64,000 bases of DNA from Alphaproteobacteria bacterium. Its GTDB lineage: Bacteria > Pseudomonadota > Alphaproteobacteria > GCA-2731375. The stretch lies in contig JADHTB010000017.1 in assembly GCA_016776605.1 (NCBI GenBank), forward strand, positions 18,755 to 82,754. Reading direction: 5' to 3'. Position 1 is the stretch's first letter. Every line of letters starts with the position of its first letter. Under the pieces are notes generated by a model. That model searched no databases and was not told the origin of the DNA. It saw only the letters and a program-made list of their open reading frames with translations. The translations under genes and the position numbers were made by a program. This document shows positions 11,601 to 22,365 of this stretch, in pieces.

Positions 11601-13293
11601 TACCCGCGTCGTCTGGATCCAGCAGGTTGGGCCGGGGACCGATCAGCGAAACCAGGGACATCACCAGCTCTTCACGGGTCGAGTCGATGGGCGGATTGGT
11701 GACCTGGGCAAAACATTGCTTGAAATAATCGGACAGCCGCTTGGGTTGGTCCGAAAGCACGGCCAGGGGAATGTCCATGCCCATGGAGCCGATCGGATCC
11801 TGTCCTGTCAGGGCCATGGGCGTCAGAAAGAATTTGGTATCTTCCTGGGTGTAGCCAAAAGCCTGCTGGCGGTCCAGCAAGGTACGGGCATCGGGTGCCA
11901 TGGGGCCAACTTCATCGGGCAGGTCCTCTAGCTGGATTTGGGTCTCATCCAGCCATTTCTGATAGGGCTTGGCCTGGGCCAGAGACGCCTTGATCTCTTC
12001 GTCGCCGATGATGCGGCCTTCTTCCAGATCGATCAGGAACATTTTGCCCGGTTGCAGGCGCCATTTCCGCACGATCTTTTCTTCCGGTATATCCAGCACG
12101 CCGACTTCCGATGCCATGATCACCAGATCGTCGTCGGTGACAACATAACGGGCCGGCCGCAGGCCGTTGCGGTCCAGGGTGGCACCGATCTGCCGGCCAT
12201 CCGTAAAGGGAATGGCCGCGGGGCCGTCCCACGGCTCCATCAGGCTGGCATGATATTCGTAAAAGGCGCGACGGTCGGCATCCATCAAGGCGTTGTCGTT
12301 CCAGGCCTCGGGGATCATCATCATCATCGCGTGAGACAAGGAATAGCCGCCCGCGATCAGCAATTCGAAGGCGTTGTCGTAGGTCGCAGAATCCGAAGAG
12401 CCATCGCCGATCAACGGCCACAGTTTTGCCAGATCATCGCCCAGGACCGCGGACTTCATGGAATGACGCCGGGCCGCCATCCAGTTGATGTTGCCGCGCA
12501 CCGTGTTGATTTCACCGTTGTGGCACAAATAGCGGAAGGGCTGCGCCAGACGCCAGGAGGGGAAAGTGTTGGTGGAAAAGCGCTGATGCACCAGGGCCAG
12601 GGCGGATTCCGCACGCTCATCCCGCAGATCACGGTAATAGGTCGACAGATTGCCCGACAGCACCATGCCTTTATAGACGATGGTCCGGCTGGACATTGAC
12701 GCGACATAGAAGCCATCGGCGGCCTCGGCCGCGCTTTGCCAGACCACCCGGTGGACCTGCTTGCGGATAACGAACAGCTTTCGTTCGAAAGCATCCTGAT
12801 CGGCGGTATGGGGGCCGCGGCCAACGAAGAATTGCCGGATCAGCGGCTCGTCCGGCTTAACGCTTTCGCCCAGGCAGGAATTATCCACGGGCACATCGCG
12901 CCAGCCCAGACAGATTTGGCCTTCATCGGCCGTGACTTTTTCGATCGCCGCGACACATCGTGCCGCCGTTGCCTCGTGGCGGGGCAGAAATAACATGGCG
13001 ACGGCATAATCACCGGCGGCAGGCAGCGTGATGCCGCCACCGCCATCACCGGCGCATTCCTCGCGCAGCAACCGGTCGGGAATTTGCAGCAGGATTCCGG
13101 CACCGTCACCGGCCAGCGGGTCAGCGCCAACCGCGCCCCGATGGTCCAGATTGACCAGTATCTGTAGCCCCTGACGAATAATCTCGTGGCTTTTTCGGTT
13201 TTTGATGTTCGCTATAAAACCAACGCCGCAATTTTCGTGCTCGTTTTCCGGGGTGTATAAGCCTTGCGGCTTGGGCAAGCCCCTAACATTCAT
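8620..13293 (-). CDS. gltB: Glutamate synthase large subunit
   Basis: CGVGF amidotransferase start, [37 protein letters not shown]. Confidence 0.98.
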   Translation of the reverse strand: MNVRGLPKPQGLYTPENEHENCGVGFIANIKNRKSHEIIRQGLQILVNLDHRGAVGADPLAGDGAGILLQIPDRLLREECAGDGGGGITLPAAGDYAVAMLFLPRHEATAARCVAAIEKVTADEGQICLGWRDVPVDNSCLGESVKPDEPLIRQFFVGRGPHTADQDAFERKLFVIRKQVHRVVWQSAAEAADGFYVASMSSRTIVYKGMVLSGNLSTYYRDLRDERAESALALVHQRFSTNTFPSWRLAQPFRYLCHNGEINTVRGNINWMAARRHSMKSAVLGDDLAKLWPLIGDGSSDSATYDNAFELLIAGGYSLSHAMMMMIPEAWNDNALMDADRRAFYEYHASLMEPWDGPAAIPFTDGRQIGATLDRNGLRPARYVVTDDDLVIMASEVGVLDIPEEKIVRKWRLQPGKMFLIDLEEGRIIGDEEIKASLAQAKPYQKWLDETQIQLEDLPDEVGPMAPDARTLLDRQQAFGYTQEDTKFFLTPMALTGQDPIGSMGMDIPLAVLSDQPKRLSDYFKQCFAQVTNPPIDSTREELVMSLVSLIGPRPNLLDPDDAGTKRRLEVRQPILTNMDLERVRRVENQVDRAFRTYTLDVTYLVSEGAGGMARAVEELCQLAEEVVERPTYNILILSDRGVDADRVAIPILLATASVHHHLIRAGLRTEVGLVVETGEARRVHDFCLLAGYGAEAINPYLAFDTLSGLRPKLPEDLDESELHHRYIKAVAKGILKVMSKMGISTYQSYCGAQIFDAVGLSQELLDQHFTGTRCAIGGIGLDEIAEETVRRHLFAYRDALPYRDTLKAGGDLAYRLRGEEHAWTPETVALLQHAVRANDRGKYQAYARRINEQDEKLSNLRGLFELKLADEPIPLDEVEPVTEIFKRFATGAMSFGSISWEAHTNLAIAMNRIGGKSNSGEGGEEAERNRPLKNGDSMRSAIRQVASGRFGVMAEYLAHASDIQIKMAQGAKPGEGGQLPGYKVDDWIARVRHSTPGVGLISPPPHHDIYSIEDLAQLIHDLKNVNPEARISVKLVSELGVGTVAAGVSKAHADHVTISGFDGGTGASPITSIQNAGSPWEIGLAETHQTLVMNGLRGRIAVQVDGGLRTGRDVVIGALLGADEFGIATAALISQGCIMMRKCHLNTCPVGVATQDPELRKLFPGQPEHVINFFTFLAEEIRELMAKMGFRSINEMIGQRDRLEIRAAVQHWKAKGLDLAPLLHMPTPGPGVAIRKSEEQDHGLENALDHQLIALSEPAIERGEAVKIDLTVRNINRTVGTMLSGRIAKRYGTAGLDDGAIHVKLTGTAGQSFGAFLSHGVTLELEGDANDYVGKGLSGGRLIIYPSKVSSLTPEENILIGNTVLYGAVSGECYFRGVAGERFGVRNSGVTAVVEGVGDHGCEYMTGGVVVVLGATGRNFAAGMSGGIAYVLDESHDFAQRCNMAMVELEPIADEDQVMEYLDHQGGDLESHGRVDLVHDMTRHDAQRLFGLIENHLRYTGSERAAMILEKWDDYLPRFVKVMPVDYRRALQEMQSRSRAVADESRAGLSVAVGGE

Positions 13294-13708
13294 ATTGTCA
13301 CTTCCTAATTACCTATTGATCCCAATACGCCGGTCGCTATCCGGTCGCCACTTTTACGTCACAAACTTCACAGCAGCGTTGGCTCTGGGTGAGCCACCTC
13401 CACGCGCTTCATCGTCAATTACGCCCGCCCGGTCAAGCCCCGACCAGCCTCACACCCAGCCTCACATCCAGCAACTGGATAATATAGCACGAATTTCCCA
13501 AAGTCGTGAATCGTAGCCTCGTGGCGACGCTTGCGTTCACGATTAAATTCATTATGTATGGCGTATTACCATTTAAAGATGTATTGCGAAGATAAATGTA
13601 CGCTATTTTGTCATTGCATTACAGTCATTCAATCATAAGGCGCGACCAGCCGTTGCCTCGCATTTGCATCACAGGGGCGCCAACCACCAATTCCCAGGGT
13701 ATTCTGGC

Positions 13709-14812
13709 TTAAGGTTGCTTTGCCGGCAATAGGGGAAATGCACTTAAGACATGGGGCGGATCAACCGCCGGGGCAGCGGTCAGATGCGCCGGCGATAATT
13801 CGGCCAGGGACGTCAGCCCCATCAGGCCCATGGCGATCTGCATCTCTTCCGCCAACAGATCAATGGCCCTGACCAGACCTTCTTCACCCGCCGCGCCCAG
13901 GCCCATGGCGGTCAGGCGGCCCAGAGCCACCACGTCGGCACCCAGCGCCAGCGCCTTGATGATATCGGTGCCGCGCAAAAAACCGCCATCGACGATCACC
14001 GCCGCCCGGCCATCCATGGCGGCGACGATTTCCGGCAACACCGCGGTGCTGCCCTGCGCCTGATCCAACTGCCGGCCGCCGTGGTTGGAAACCCAGACGC
14101 CATCGACGCCCAGATCACAGGCCATGGCCGCATCCTCCGCCGTCATGATGCCCTTTAACAGCAACGGTATGTCGTGAAGCCGTTTAAAACGTTCCACATC
14201 TTTCCAGTTCAAGGCGGCCTGATGGTCCTGTCCGCCGGCGGTCTTTCGCCAAGGTTTGACAAACCGGTTGACGATATCCCGCTCCCGCCGGGAATAGACG
14301 GCGACATCGACCGTCAGGCAAAAGGCGGTATAGCCGGCCGCTTGGGCCCGTTGTACATGATCGTCAACCCAGGCCTCGTCGCCGCGCACATACAGTTGGA
14401 ATATTTTCGGTCCCGCCGCCGCCGCCGCCGTGGCTTCCAGTCCCGGTGCCGAAACCGAGCTTAGTGTTGTCAACATGCCGTGCCGGGCCGCCGCCCGGGC
14501 CGCCGCCGCGCCGCCCTCCGCATCAAAGGATTCCAACGAGCCGATGGGCGCGAAACTAAGGGGCAGTTCCAGATCGACGCCCAGAAATTTGCTGGAAATA
14601 TCGATCTTGCGGACGTCGCGCAACATGCGCGGCCGCAGCGCCAGCATATCCAGGGCCAGGCGGTTGCGCTTGGCCGTGGTCTCGGTCTCTGTCGCGCCGA
14701 GCATATAGTCCCAGATGTTGCGCGGCAGGCGGGCCCGTGCCTCCGCCGCGATTTCGTGCAGGGCCTGAAAGCGTCCAATGGTGGCGGGTTTGCTGCGGTC
14801 GTCTCTAAACAA
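13709..14812 (-). CDS. FMN-dependent alpha-hydroxy acid oxidase/dehydrogenase
   Basis: LRPRMLRDV, FQLY, LKGIM, SNHGGRQLD, DGGFLRGTD; start inferred at TTG 14812 after GGAG. Confidence 0.88.
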   Translation of the reverse strand: MFRDDRSKPATIGRFQALHEIAAEARARLPRNIWDYMLGATETETTAKRNRLALDMLALRPRMLRDVRKIDISSKFLGVDLELPLSFAPIGSLESFDAEGGAAAARAAARHGMLTTLSSVSAPGLEATAAAAAGPKIFQLYVRGDEAWVDDHVQRAQAAGYTAFCLTVDVAVYSRRERDIVNRFVKPWRKTAGGQDHQAALNWKDVERFKRLHDIPLLLKGIMTAEDAAMACDLGVDGVWVSNHGGRQLDQAQGSTAVLPEIVAAMDGRAAVIVDGGFLRGTDIIKALALGADVVALGRLTAMGLGAAGEEGLVRAIDLLAEEMQIAMGLMGLTSLAELSPAHLTAAPAVDPPHVLSAFPLLPAKQP

Positions 14813-14814
14813 GG

Positions 14815-15225
14815 CTAGGTCTCCATCATATTCAATTGTAAGACCTTGGCCTTGGCATAGGTCAGTTTGGTGGTAATTTTTCCCGCATTGTTGAAATGCA
14901 GAATATCCAGGCCCCGCCAACCGGCCCGCCCACGCTTGGTATCGAAGGAGCAAAGCCAACGGATCATGGTTTTGCCCTGGCCTGGGTCAATGAATAAATC
15001 CTCCGCCGCGAAGTGCATGGCGCCATACTCCCCATCGAACTGCGGTTGAAAAGCCGCACGGATCGCGGCCAGCCCCTCGGCCACCGCGCCGTCGTGCTGA
15101 TCGTAGACCGCCCCCTCGTCGGCGAAATACGACATCATGGCGTCCAGATCATTATCGTTGAAGGTTTCCGTGAAGGCGCGGGTCAATTGTTCCAACGCCG
15201 CGCGGTCCAGGCCCTTGTCATTCAT
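14815..15225 (-). CDS. SnoaL/NTF2-like protein
   Basis: FNDNDLDAMMSYFA, GLAAIRAAF, GLDILHF pattern. Confidence 0.8.
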   Translation of the reverse strand: MNDKGLDRAALEQLTRAFTETFNDNDLDAMMSYFADEGAVYDQHDGAVAEGLAAIRAAFQPQFDGEYGAMHFAAEDLFIDPGQGKTMIRWLCSFDTKRGRAGWRGLDILHFNNAGKITTKLTYAKAKVLQLNMMET

Positions 15226-15237
15226 CGCCTTATCTCC

Positions 15238-15543
15238 CTAATCGTAGCCGAACAGCCAGCGCGAGGTGCCGTGGTGAATATTGCAGACCGAATGCAGGGC
15301 GCCGGCGGGAATAAAGACTTCGTCGCCCGGCCCCATTTCCACCCGCAACTCGCCCACGGTCATTTCCAGCCGGCCCTCGACCACCGTCACTAATTCGTTG
15401 GTGGCATGGGTAAAGTCCAGCCATTGCTGCCCCGGCGGATCGACGAACAGGTTGCAGCTATAGCCGCGTTTTTGCCAATCGGCGGCAACCATGTCGCCAT
15501 TGACCGGGGCCGTGAATTTACCTTGTTGTAGAAGTTCCGTCAT
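15238..15543 (-). CDS. Cupin domain protein
   Basis: H..NELVTVVEG and GPGDEVFIPAGALHSV motifs. Confidence 0.85.
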   Translation of the reverse strand: MTELLQQGKFTAPVNGDMVAADWQKRGYSCNLFVDPPGQQWLDFTHATNELVTVVEGRLEMTVGELRVEMGPGDEVFIPAGALHSVCNIHHGTSRWLFGYD

Positions 15544-15666
15544 GGCACGTCCTCCCGCCCGCCGGACGCAATGTACGCAGCCGCTTTCCGGGGCGCCAGA
15601 ACTTTCCTGCTTGACCGCCCCCCCAATGTCGAGAAACTTAGGCGGGGTTTATTTTGGGAGGGAACG

Positions 15667-16902
15667 ATGGCACTGACGGTTTTGAGCAACGGCCTGCTTT
15701 TCGATGGGCAGTCGCCCGACTTAAAGGACGGCACCCATGTGGTGATCGAGGGCGACCGTATCAAAGAGGTCCTCCACGGCGGCGCCGTCCCAAAAGGCGA
15801 CCGGGTGATCGACCTGGGCGGACGGGTGTTGATGCCGGGGCTGATCGATGCCCATGTGCATCTGATCGCCACCACGGCGGATCTGGGCAGCATCGGCAAC
15901 GATCCCGCTTCGTTGACCGCCATGCGCGCCGGCCGCATTGCCGAGGGCATGTTGCGGCGCGGCTTTACCACCGTGCGGGATGCCGGCGGCGCCGACTGGG
16001 GCATGGCCATGGCAATCGAGGAAGGCCTGATCGCCGGCCCGCGTCTGTTCTATTCCGGCCGGGTGTTGAGCCAGACGGGGGGCCACGGCGATTCCCGGCC
16101 CCGGGTCTATGACTGGCAGGGCTGCCAATGCTGCCTGCCCAGCGCGCAGTTCACCGCCATCGCCGATGGCGTGGACGAGGTGCGCAAGGCGGCGCGCACG
16201 GAACTGCGCCGGGGCGCGACACAGATCAAGATCATGGCTTCGGGCGGCGTGGCCTCGCCCACCGATCCAATCTGGAACCTGCAATATTCCGAAGACGAGA
16301 TCGCGGCCGCGGTGTGGGAAGCGACATCGTGGCGCACCTACGTCATGGCGCATGCCTATACGCCCGAGGCCATCGCGCGTTGTGTGCGCCTGGGCGTGCG
16401 TTCCATCGAACATGGCAATCTGATCGACCGGCCCACCCTGGAACTGATGCTGGAAAAGGATGCCTGGCTGGTACCCACCCTGGTAACCTACAATTCCCTG
16501 CACAAATATGGTGCCGATTATGGTCTGCCCGCCGTCAGCATTGCCAAGGTTGACGACGTGCGGGTGCAGGGCCTGGAAGCCCTGGCCATGGCCTTTGAGG
16601 CGGGCGTCAACATCGGCCTTGGCACCGACCTGTTGGGCGGTATGCACAAGGATCAATCGAACGAGTTCACCATCCGGGCCCAGGTAATGCCGGCCCTGGA
16701 CGTGCTGCGTTCCGCCACCTCGGCCAATGCCCGCCTGTTGAACCAGGAGGGCCAACTGGGCATGGTGGCGCCCGGCGCCTTGGCCGATCTGATCGCCGTC
16801 GATGGCAATCCCCTGGACGATATTTCCTGCCTGGACGGCCAGGGCGAGGCCATCGCGCTGATCCTAAAGGGCGGCGTTTCCTTCAAGAATACCCTGGCCT
16901 GA
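15667..16902 (+). CDS. Metal-dependent amidohydrolase (Xaa-Pro dipeptidase-like)
   Basis: PGLIDAHVH, GFTTVRDAGG, KIMASGG, MAHAY, SIEHG, GTD motifs. Confidence 0.9.
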   Translation: MALTVLSNGLLFDGQSPDLKDGTHVVIEGDRIKEVLHGGAVPKGDRVIDLGGRVLMPGLIDAHVHLIATTADLGSIGNDPASLTAMRAGRIAEGMLRRGFTTVRDAGGADWGMAMAIEEGLIAGPRLFYSGRVLSQTGGHGDSRPRVYDWQGCQCCLPSAQFTAIADGVDEVRKAARTELRRGATQIKIMASGGVASPTDPIWNLQYSEDEIAAAVWEATSWRTYVMAHAYTPEAIARCVRLGVRSIEHGNLIDRPTLELMLEKDAWLVPTLVTYNSLHKYGADYGLPAVSIAKVDDVRVQGLEALAMAFEAGVNIGLGTDLLGGMHKDQSNEFTIRAQVMPALDVLRSATSANARLLNQEGQLGMVAPGALADLIAVDGNPLDDISCLDGQGEAIALILKGGVSFKNTLA

Positions 16903-16946
16903 TATTCATCCGGGCCACGGGCCTGGATATGGGGTAATCATCCGCC

Positions 16947-17612
16947 ATGATAGAGCCCGAAGCCCAGGTCTGCCCGCTTTGCGGTGGCACGCACATCGAC
17001 CCTTACCATGCCGGCAAGGCGCGCGATTATTTGCATTGCGCGACCTGCGATCTGGTGTTCGTCCCAAGCTACCAGCATCTCTCAGATAGAGAGGAAAAGG
17101 CCTATTACGATCTGCACGACAACCAACCCGATGACCCCGGTTACCGGCGTTTCCTCGACCGGCTGTTCACACCACTGCTGCAACGCCTGACGCCGAACGC
17201 CCAGGGCCTCGACTTTGGCAGCGGCCCCGGCCCGACCCTGTCAAAAATGTTCGAGGCGGCGGGCCATCCCGTTGCCTTGTACGATCCCTATTACGCCCCT
17301 GATAAAGCCGTGCTGTCCGCCGCCTACGATTTCATTACCTTGAGCGAGGTCGCCGAACATTTGGCCCAGCCGGGCACGGAACTGGATCGCCTGTGGGCCC
17401 GCCTGGCCCCCGGCGGCTGGCTGGGCATCATGACCAAACGGGTCCGCGACCAGACGGCATTCAAGACCTGGCACTACATCACTGACCCGACCCACATCGC
17501 CTTCTTTTCGGAGGCGACCTTCCAGTGGCTGGCCGGGCGCTGGTCAGCCATGGGGACGCCCGCAGCCCTGGTCATCGCGGGCAACGATGTGGTGTTGATC
17601 GGCAAGAGCTAG
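16947..17612 (+). CDS. Class I SAM-dependent methyltransferase with N-terminal zinc ribbon
   Basis: CPLC...CATC, LDFGSGPG, EVAEH, WHY..DPTH. Confidence 0.85.
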   Translation: MIEPEAQVCPLCGGTHIDPYHAGKARDYLHCATCDLVFVPSYQHLSDREEKAYYDLHDNQPDDPGYRRFLDRLFTPLLQRLTPNAQGLDFGSGPGPTLSKMFEAAGHPVALYDPYYAPDKAVLSAAYDFITLSEVAEHLAQPGTELDRLWARLAPGGWLGIMTKRVRDQTAFKTWHYITDPTHIAFFSEATFQWLAGRWSAMGTPAALVIAGNDVVLIGKS

Positions 17613-18799
17613 ATAACGTTTTCCTGACGCAGGGCGGCGATGGCGTCAGCATCAAGGTTCAGCCATTCGACCAGAACTTCATCGGTCTGCTGGCCCAGGG
17701 TTGGCACGGCACGATGGGTTTCGACCGGCGTATCGGTCAGGCGGATCGGATTGCCCTGCATCCGCACGGGGCCCAGTTTTGCGTGCCCGACTTCGATGAT
17801 CTGACCACGGTGTTTAACCTGTGGGTTTTCGGCCAGATCGCTGACATCCGCCAGGCGGGCGCAGGGCACTCCAGCGGCTACCAAATGCTCCAGCAGCCAG
17901 TCCCGGTCGTGGCGCAGGAACCACCCCGCCACGGTTTCATCAACCAGATCGGCATTTTCCAGCCGCTCCGGCGGCGTGGCGAAGCGGGGATCGTCCATCA
18001 CCCCGGACTCGCCCATGATCTCGAGCAGGGCTTCGAAATGTTTTTGATTGCCGGCCATCAGATGCAGGCGTTCGCCATCCCGGGTGCGATAGGTATTGGT
18101 CGGCGCGCTATAGCGGTCGCGGTTGCCCTTGCGTCCCATCACCGTGCCGTCGCGATGATGTTCGGCCACCGCCGTCATCAAAAACGACATGGCGGTATCC
18201 AGCAGAGGCACATCGACCACCTGGCCGCGTCCGGTCCGCGCCCGCGCGTGCAGGGCGGCCATTACGCCCAGGGCGGCGTTGGTGCCGGTAGAATAGTCGA
18301 TCACGATGGAACCAAACATCGTCGCCTCGCCGTCGGGGCTGCCCGTCAGCTGCATCAGGCCGCCTTCGGCCTGGGCGATGGCGTCGAACGCGGGCCGCGT
18401 GGCCCAGGGGCCGTCCTGCCCGAAGCCTGAAATACGCGCCATCACCAGACGCGGGTTCAAGGCGCTGACCTCGTCCCAGCCAAAGCCCATGGCCTCCATG
18501 GTGCCGGGGCGAAAATTTTCCACCAGAACATCGGCCTCCCCGATCAGCGAAGCAAGGATCTCGCGGCCCCTTGGATGGCGTAAATCCAGCGTCAGGGAGC
18601 GCTTGTTGCGGTTGAACATCAGCATATAGAGCTTGTCATCACCCGTCGCGGCACCAGGACCGCGCATGATGTCACCCGTATCGGGTTTCTCGACCTTGAT
18701 CACGTCGGCCCCGAAATCACCCAGCATCTGGGCGCAATAAGGCCCAGAGACATAGCGCGCCAGGTCGAGCACCTTTATCCCGTCAAGCGCACCGGCCAT
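17609..18799 (-). CDS. Family III (CaiB/BaiF) CoA-transferase
   Basis: KVLDLARYVSGP, DVIKVE, NRNKRS, ENFRPG. Confidence 0.92.
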   Translation of the reverse strand: MAGALDGIKVLDLARYVSGPYCAQMLGDFGADVIKVEKPDTGDIMRGPGAATGDDKLYMLMFNRNKRSLTLDLRHPRGREILASLIGEADVLVENFRPGTMEAMGFGWDEVSALNPRLVMARISGFGQDGPWATRPAFDAIAQAEGGLMQLTGSPDGEATMFGSIVIDYSTGTNAALGVMAALHARARTGRGQVVDVPLLDTAMSFLMTAVAEHHRDGTVMGRKGNRDRYSAPTNTYRTRDGERLHLMAGNQKHFEALLEIMGESGVMDDPRFATPPERLENADLVDETVAGWFLRHDRDWLLEHLVAAGVPCARLADVSDLAENPQVKHRGQIIEVGHAKLGPVRMQGNPIRLTDTPVETHRAVPTLGQQTDEVLVEWLNLDADAIAALRQENVI

Positions 18800-18835
18800 T
18801 GGGCATCGCCTCCTTTATTACCAGCTACCCGTATA

Positions 18836-19276
18836 TTACCAGCTACCCGTATTTTCCATCGAGGCCCATGGTTCTTGCGGTGGCAGGGCATCACCGTCCT
18901 GCAACAGCTCGATCGAAATATTGTCCGGGCTGCGGACAAAGGCCATATAGCCGTCGCGGGGCGGCCGGTTGATGGTGACGCCCGCATCCATCAGGCTTTG
19001 ACAGGTTTGGTAAATGTTATCGACCTGAAACGCCAGGTGGCCAAAGTTTCGCCCGCCCGGATAGTCTTCCGGGTCCCAATTATAGGTCAGCTCGACAACC
19101 GGCGCCTTGGTCGCCCTGGCCGCGTCCTCGTCCGCCGAGGCAGCGAGAAATATGTTGGTGTAGCGGCCCTTTTCACTTTCACTGCGCCGGGTTTCGACCA
19201 TGCCCAGCAGGTCACAGAAAAAATGCAGCGTTTCGTCAAGGTTCGAGACACGAACCATGGTGTGAAGATATCTCAT
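18836..19276 (-). CDS. gloA: Lactoylglutathione lyase (glyoxalase I)
   Basis: [45 protein letters not shown]. Confidence 0.92.
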   Translation of the reverse strand: MRYLHTMVRVSNLDETLHFFCDLLGMVETRRSESEKGRYTNIFLAASADEDAARATKAPVVELTYNWDPEDYPGGRNFGHLAFQVDNIYQTCQSLMDAGVTINRPPRDGYMAFVRSPDNISIELLQDGDALPPQEPWASMENTGSW

Positions 19277-19388
19277 GCGTGGTTCCGCTTCTTGGGTTTA
19301 GAATGATCGGGTAATTAGAATATCCGGTAATGCCCTGGCAGAACACCACCTATCGATGGAGCCCCCTAGCCATTTAAGGAAGACGCCC

Positions 19389-20618
19389 GTGGACAGCAAC
19401 ATATCATCCGAAAGCAAGCCCGCCTTGCACGGCATTAAAATTCTGGATCTGACCCAGTTCGAGGCTGGACCGTCTTGTACGGAAGCCCTGGCCTGGATGG
19501 GCGCGGAAGTGGTCAAGGTTGAAGAGCCGAAAATGGGGGAACCGGGACGCTGGAGCTTTTCCGACGAACCAGGCGTGGATGCGAACTATTTCCTGTACTT
19601 CAATCTCAACAAACGCAGCATCACCTGCAACCTCAAGGACGACGAGGGCAAGGCCTTGCTGGTCAAGTTGATCGAAAACGTCGATGTGGTGATCGAAAAC
19701 ATGGCGCCGGGCACGTTTGCCCGATTGGGTTTTGACTATGAACGTCTAAACGCGATCAACCCCCGGGTAATCTTCGCCCAGATCAAGGGCTTCGCGCCGG
19801 ACAGCCCGCACGCGAACTATCTCTCCTTCGATATGATCGCCCAGGCGACGGGAGGCACCATGGGGATCAACGGCGCGGCGGGCGGCCCGCCGGTCAGGCC
19901 GGGCTCCACCATCGGCGATACCGGCACCGGCATGCTTTGCGCCATGGGCATTCTGGGCGCGCTGTTCCAACGGCATACCACGGGTCGCGGCCAGCATATT
20001 CAGATCGCCATGCGCGATGCCATGTTGAACTATTGCCGGACAGCGATGAGCAAGCAGGTGCCGTCCGATACCGCCCTGCCCCGGGCGGGCAACGATATCG
20101 TCGGCTCCTCCCCTGGCGGTCTTTATCCGTGCAAACCAGGCGGGGCGGACGACCATTGCTTCATCTTCGCCTCACGAGCCAACGAAGAACACTGGCGCCG
20201 GCTGGCCCGCATCATCGGACGCGAAGATATGATTGACGATCCAAGCCTGCAGGATCCCTCGGCCCGCTACGAGGCCCGGGACGTCGTCAATACGGCAATT
20301 ATCGAGTGGACCATGCAGCACACCAAAGAGGAAGTGATGCAGGCCGTGGCCGGGGCCGGCGTGCCCTGCGGCGCGGTTTACAATACCCTCGAACTGATGC
20401 ATGACCCGGACCTGCATGCCCGCGGCATCATGACCAAGATCGATCATCCCCAGCGTGGCGAGGTCAACGTCGCCGGATGGCCGGTTAAGATGTCGGACAG
20501 CTATGTGCCTGTCGTGTCCTCGCCTCTGCTGGGGGCTGACAATGAAGCCATCTACGGCGACTGGCTCGGCTGTTCCAAGGATGAAGTCAGAGATATGCGC
20601 GAGCGCAAGGTTATTTAA
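19389..20618 (+). CDS. Formyl-CoA transferase-like family III CoA-transferase
   Basis: LDLTQFEAGPSCT, NLNKRSIT, ENMAPG, IGDTGTGM (catalytic Asp); GTG start after AAGGA. Confidence 0.85.
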   Translation: MDSNISSESKPALHGIKILDLTQFEAGPSCTEALAWMGAEVVKVEEPKMGEPGRWSFSDEPGVDANYFLYFNLNKRSITCNLKDDEGKALLVKLIENVDVVIENMAPGTFARLGFDYERLNAINPRVIFAQIKGFAPDSPHANYLSFDMIAQATGGTMGINGAAGGPPVRPGSTIGDTGTGMLCAMGILGALFQRHTTGRGQHIQIAMRDAMLNYCRTAMSKQVPSDTALPRAGNDIVGSSPGGLYPCKPGGADDHCFIFASRANEEHWRRLARIIGREDMIDDPSLQDPSARYEARDVVNTAIIEWTMQHTKEEVMQAVAGAGVPCGAVYNTLELMHDPDLHARGIMTKIDHPQRGEVNVAGWPVKMSDSYVPVVSSPLLGADNEAIYGDWLGCSKDEVRDMRERKVI

Positions 20619-20674
20619 AACAGATACGAAGCATTCCACGAAAACCAATCCACGAATAAACATGGGAGATAAAA

Positions 20675-22330
20675 ATGGCTAAGGTCACTGGCGCCACATT
20701 GCTGGCGAGAAGTCTGAAACAACAAGGCGTCGAGTATATGTTCGGGATTGTCGGCTTTCCCGTACAACCGATTGCCGCGGCCGCACAGGAAGCGGGCATC
20801 AAATATATCGGCATGCGGAACGAACAGTCAGCCTCCTACGCGGCCCAGGCCGCCGGCTATCTGACCGGACGGCCCGGCGCCTGTCTGACGGTTTCAGGCC
20901 CCGGCGTCGTGCATGGCCTGGCGGGCCTGGCCAATGCGCAACAGAATTGCTGGCCGATGATCATGATCGGTGGCGCCTCGCCCACCTATCAAAATGGCAT
21001 GGGCGGCTTCCAGGAAGAGCGCCAGGTGGAAATTGCCTCTCCCTTCTGCAAATTTGCCCATGCGGTCGAACATGTTCACCGGGTACCTTTTTATGTAGAG
21101 CTGGCGATCCGCAATTCCATCTACGGACGTCCGGGTGCTGTCTATCTGGATATGCCCGACGATATTATCCAGGGCGAGGTGGACGAGGACGAAGTCCAGA
21201 TGATGGCCACCATCCCCGAACCGCCACGGATGCAGGCGGTCTCCGAGAATATCGAGGCGGCCCTTGATGCCATGGAGTCGGCTGAGCGGCCCCTGGTCAT
21301 CGTCGGCAAGGGCATGGCCTGGTCACGGGCCGAGGACGAGGTCCGGGCCTTCATCGAACGCACCCAGCTGCCGTTCCTGGCCTCGCCCATGGGCAAGGGC
21401 GTGCTGGACGATAATCACCCCCTCTCGGTCGGCGCCGCGCGCAGCCATGCCTTGAAGGAAGCCGATGTCGTCTTCCTGATGGGTGCGCGGTTGAACTGGA
21501 TCATGCATTACGGCCAGTCACCGCGTTTCTCCAAGAATGTCCGAGTTGTACAACTGGACATCTCGCCGGAGGCAATCGGCAACAACGTACCGACCGAGGT
21601 GGCGTTGGTGGGTGATGGCAAGACCATCGTCGGGCAGCTCAACACGGCGCTGGAGAACCGCCAGTGGTTCTATCCCTCGGGCACCGATTGGATGAAGGCA
21701 ATCGCGGAAAAGGCTGACGCCAATGCCAAGGCGATCCAGCCGATGATCGACGACAATTCCACCCCGACGAATTATTACCGGGCCCTGAAGGATATCAGCG
21801 CCTGGGCCACCGAGGACGCGGTGATTATTGGCGAGGGCGCCAATACCATGGACATCGGCCGCACCCAATTGCCCAACGCGGCGCCCAGACTGCGCCTGGA
21901 TGCCGGCAGCTATGGCACCATGGGCATTGGCATGGGCTTTGCCGTCGCGGCAGCCGTGGTGCATCCCGAACGGCCGATCATTTCGGTCTCGGGCGACTCC
22001 GCGATCGGCTTTTCCGGTATGGAGATGGAGACCGCCTGCCGCCACAATCTGCCGATCAAGATCGTAGTGCTGAACAACGGCGGCATTGGCAAGGGCATTG
22101 CGGAATTCCCCACCGATGAACCCCTGCCCCCCGGTGTGCTGACCATCGGCGCGCGCTATGACCTGATGATGGAAGCCTTTGGCGGCAAGGGCTTTTTTGT
22201 GGAAGATCCCGCCGACCTGGCCGGCGTCCTGGAACAGGCCAAGGCCCACAATGGCCCAACCCTGGTCAATGTCGTCCTGCATCCGGAAGCGGGCCGCAAG
22301 CCGCAACAGTTCGGCTGGTTGACGACTTGA
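20675..22330 (+). CDS. ThDP-dependent 2-hydroxyacyl-CoA lyase / oxalyl-CoA decarboxylase family
   Basis: MRNEQSA, SGPGVVH, NCWPM, GGFQE, EGANTMDIGR, GTMG, GDSAIGFSGME..NNGG ThDP motif, RKPQQF tail. Confidence 0.92.
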   Translation: MAKVTGATLLARSLKQQGVEYMFGIVGFPVQPIAAAAQEAGIKYIGMRNEQSASYAAQAAGYLTGRPGACLTVSGPGVVHGLAGLANAQQNCWPMIMIGGASPTYQNGMGGFQEERQVEIASPFCKFAHAVEHVHRVPFYVELAIRNSIYGRPGAVYLDMPDDIIQGEVDEDEVQMMATIPEPPRMQAVSENIEAALDAMESAERPLVIVGKGMAWSRAEDEVRAFIERTQLPFLASPMGKGVLDDNHPLSVGAARSHALKEADVVFLMGARLNWIMHYGQSPRFSKNVRVVQLDISPEAIGNNVPTEVALVGDGKTIVGQLNTALENRQWFYPSGTDWMKAIAEKADANAKAIQPMIDDNSTPTNYYRALKDISAWATEDAVIIGEGANTMDIGRTQLPNAAPRLRLDAGSYGTMGIGMGFAVAAAVVHPERPIISVSGDSAIGFSGMEMETACRHNLPIKIVVLNNGGIGKGIAEFPTDEPLPPGVLTIGARYDLMMEAFGGKGFFVEDPADLAGVLEQAKAHNGPTLVNVVLHPEAGRKPQQFGWLTT

Positions 22331-22365
22331 TTTTGGGCTTGGATTGACGTTGGGGGAGATAAGAC

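Noticed and set aside
2541-12699. Long antisense ORFs (e.g. 2541-3848, 7577-8713, 8803-10497, 11938-12699) and similar ones throughout the window
   Set aside because: Shadow frames of well-supported genes, expected from GC-rich codon bias; no recognisable motifs
13294-13708. 415-bp AT-rich region upstream of gltB as a riboswitch or sRNA
   Set aside because: No recognisable motif or strong structure; most simply the gltBD promoter region
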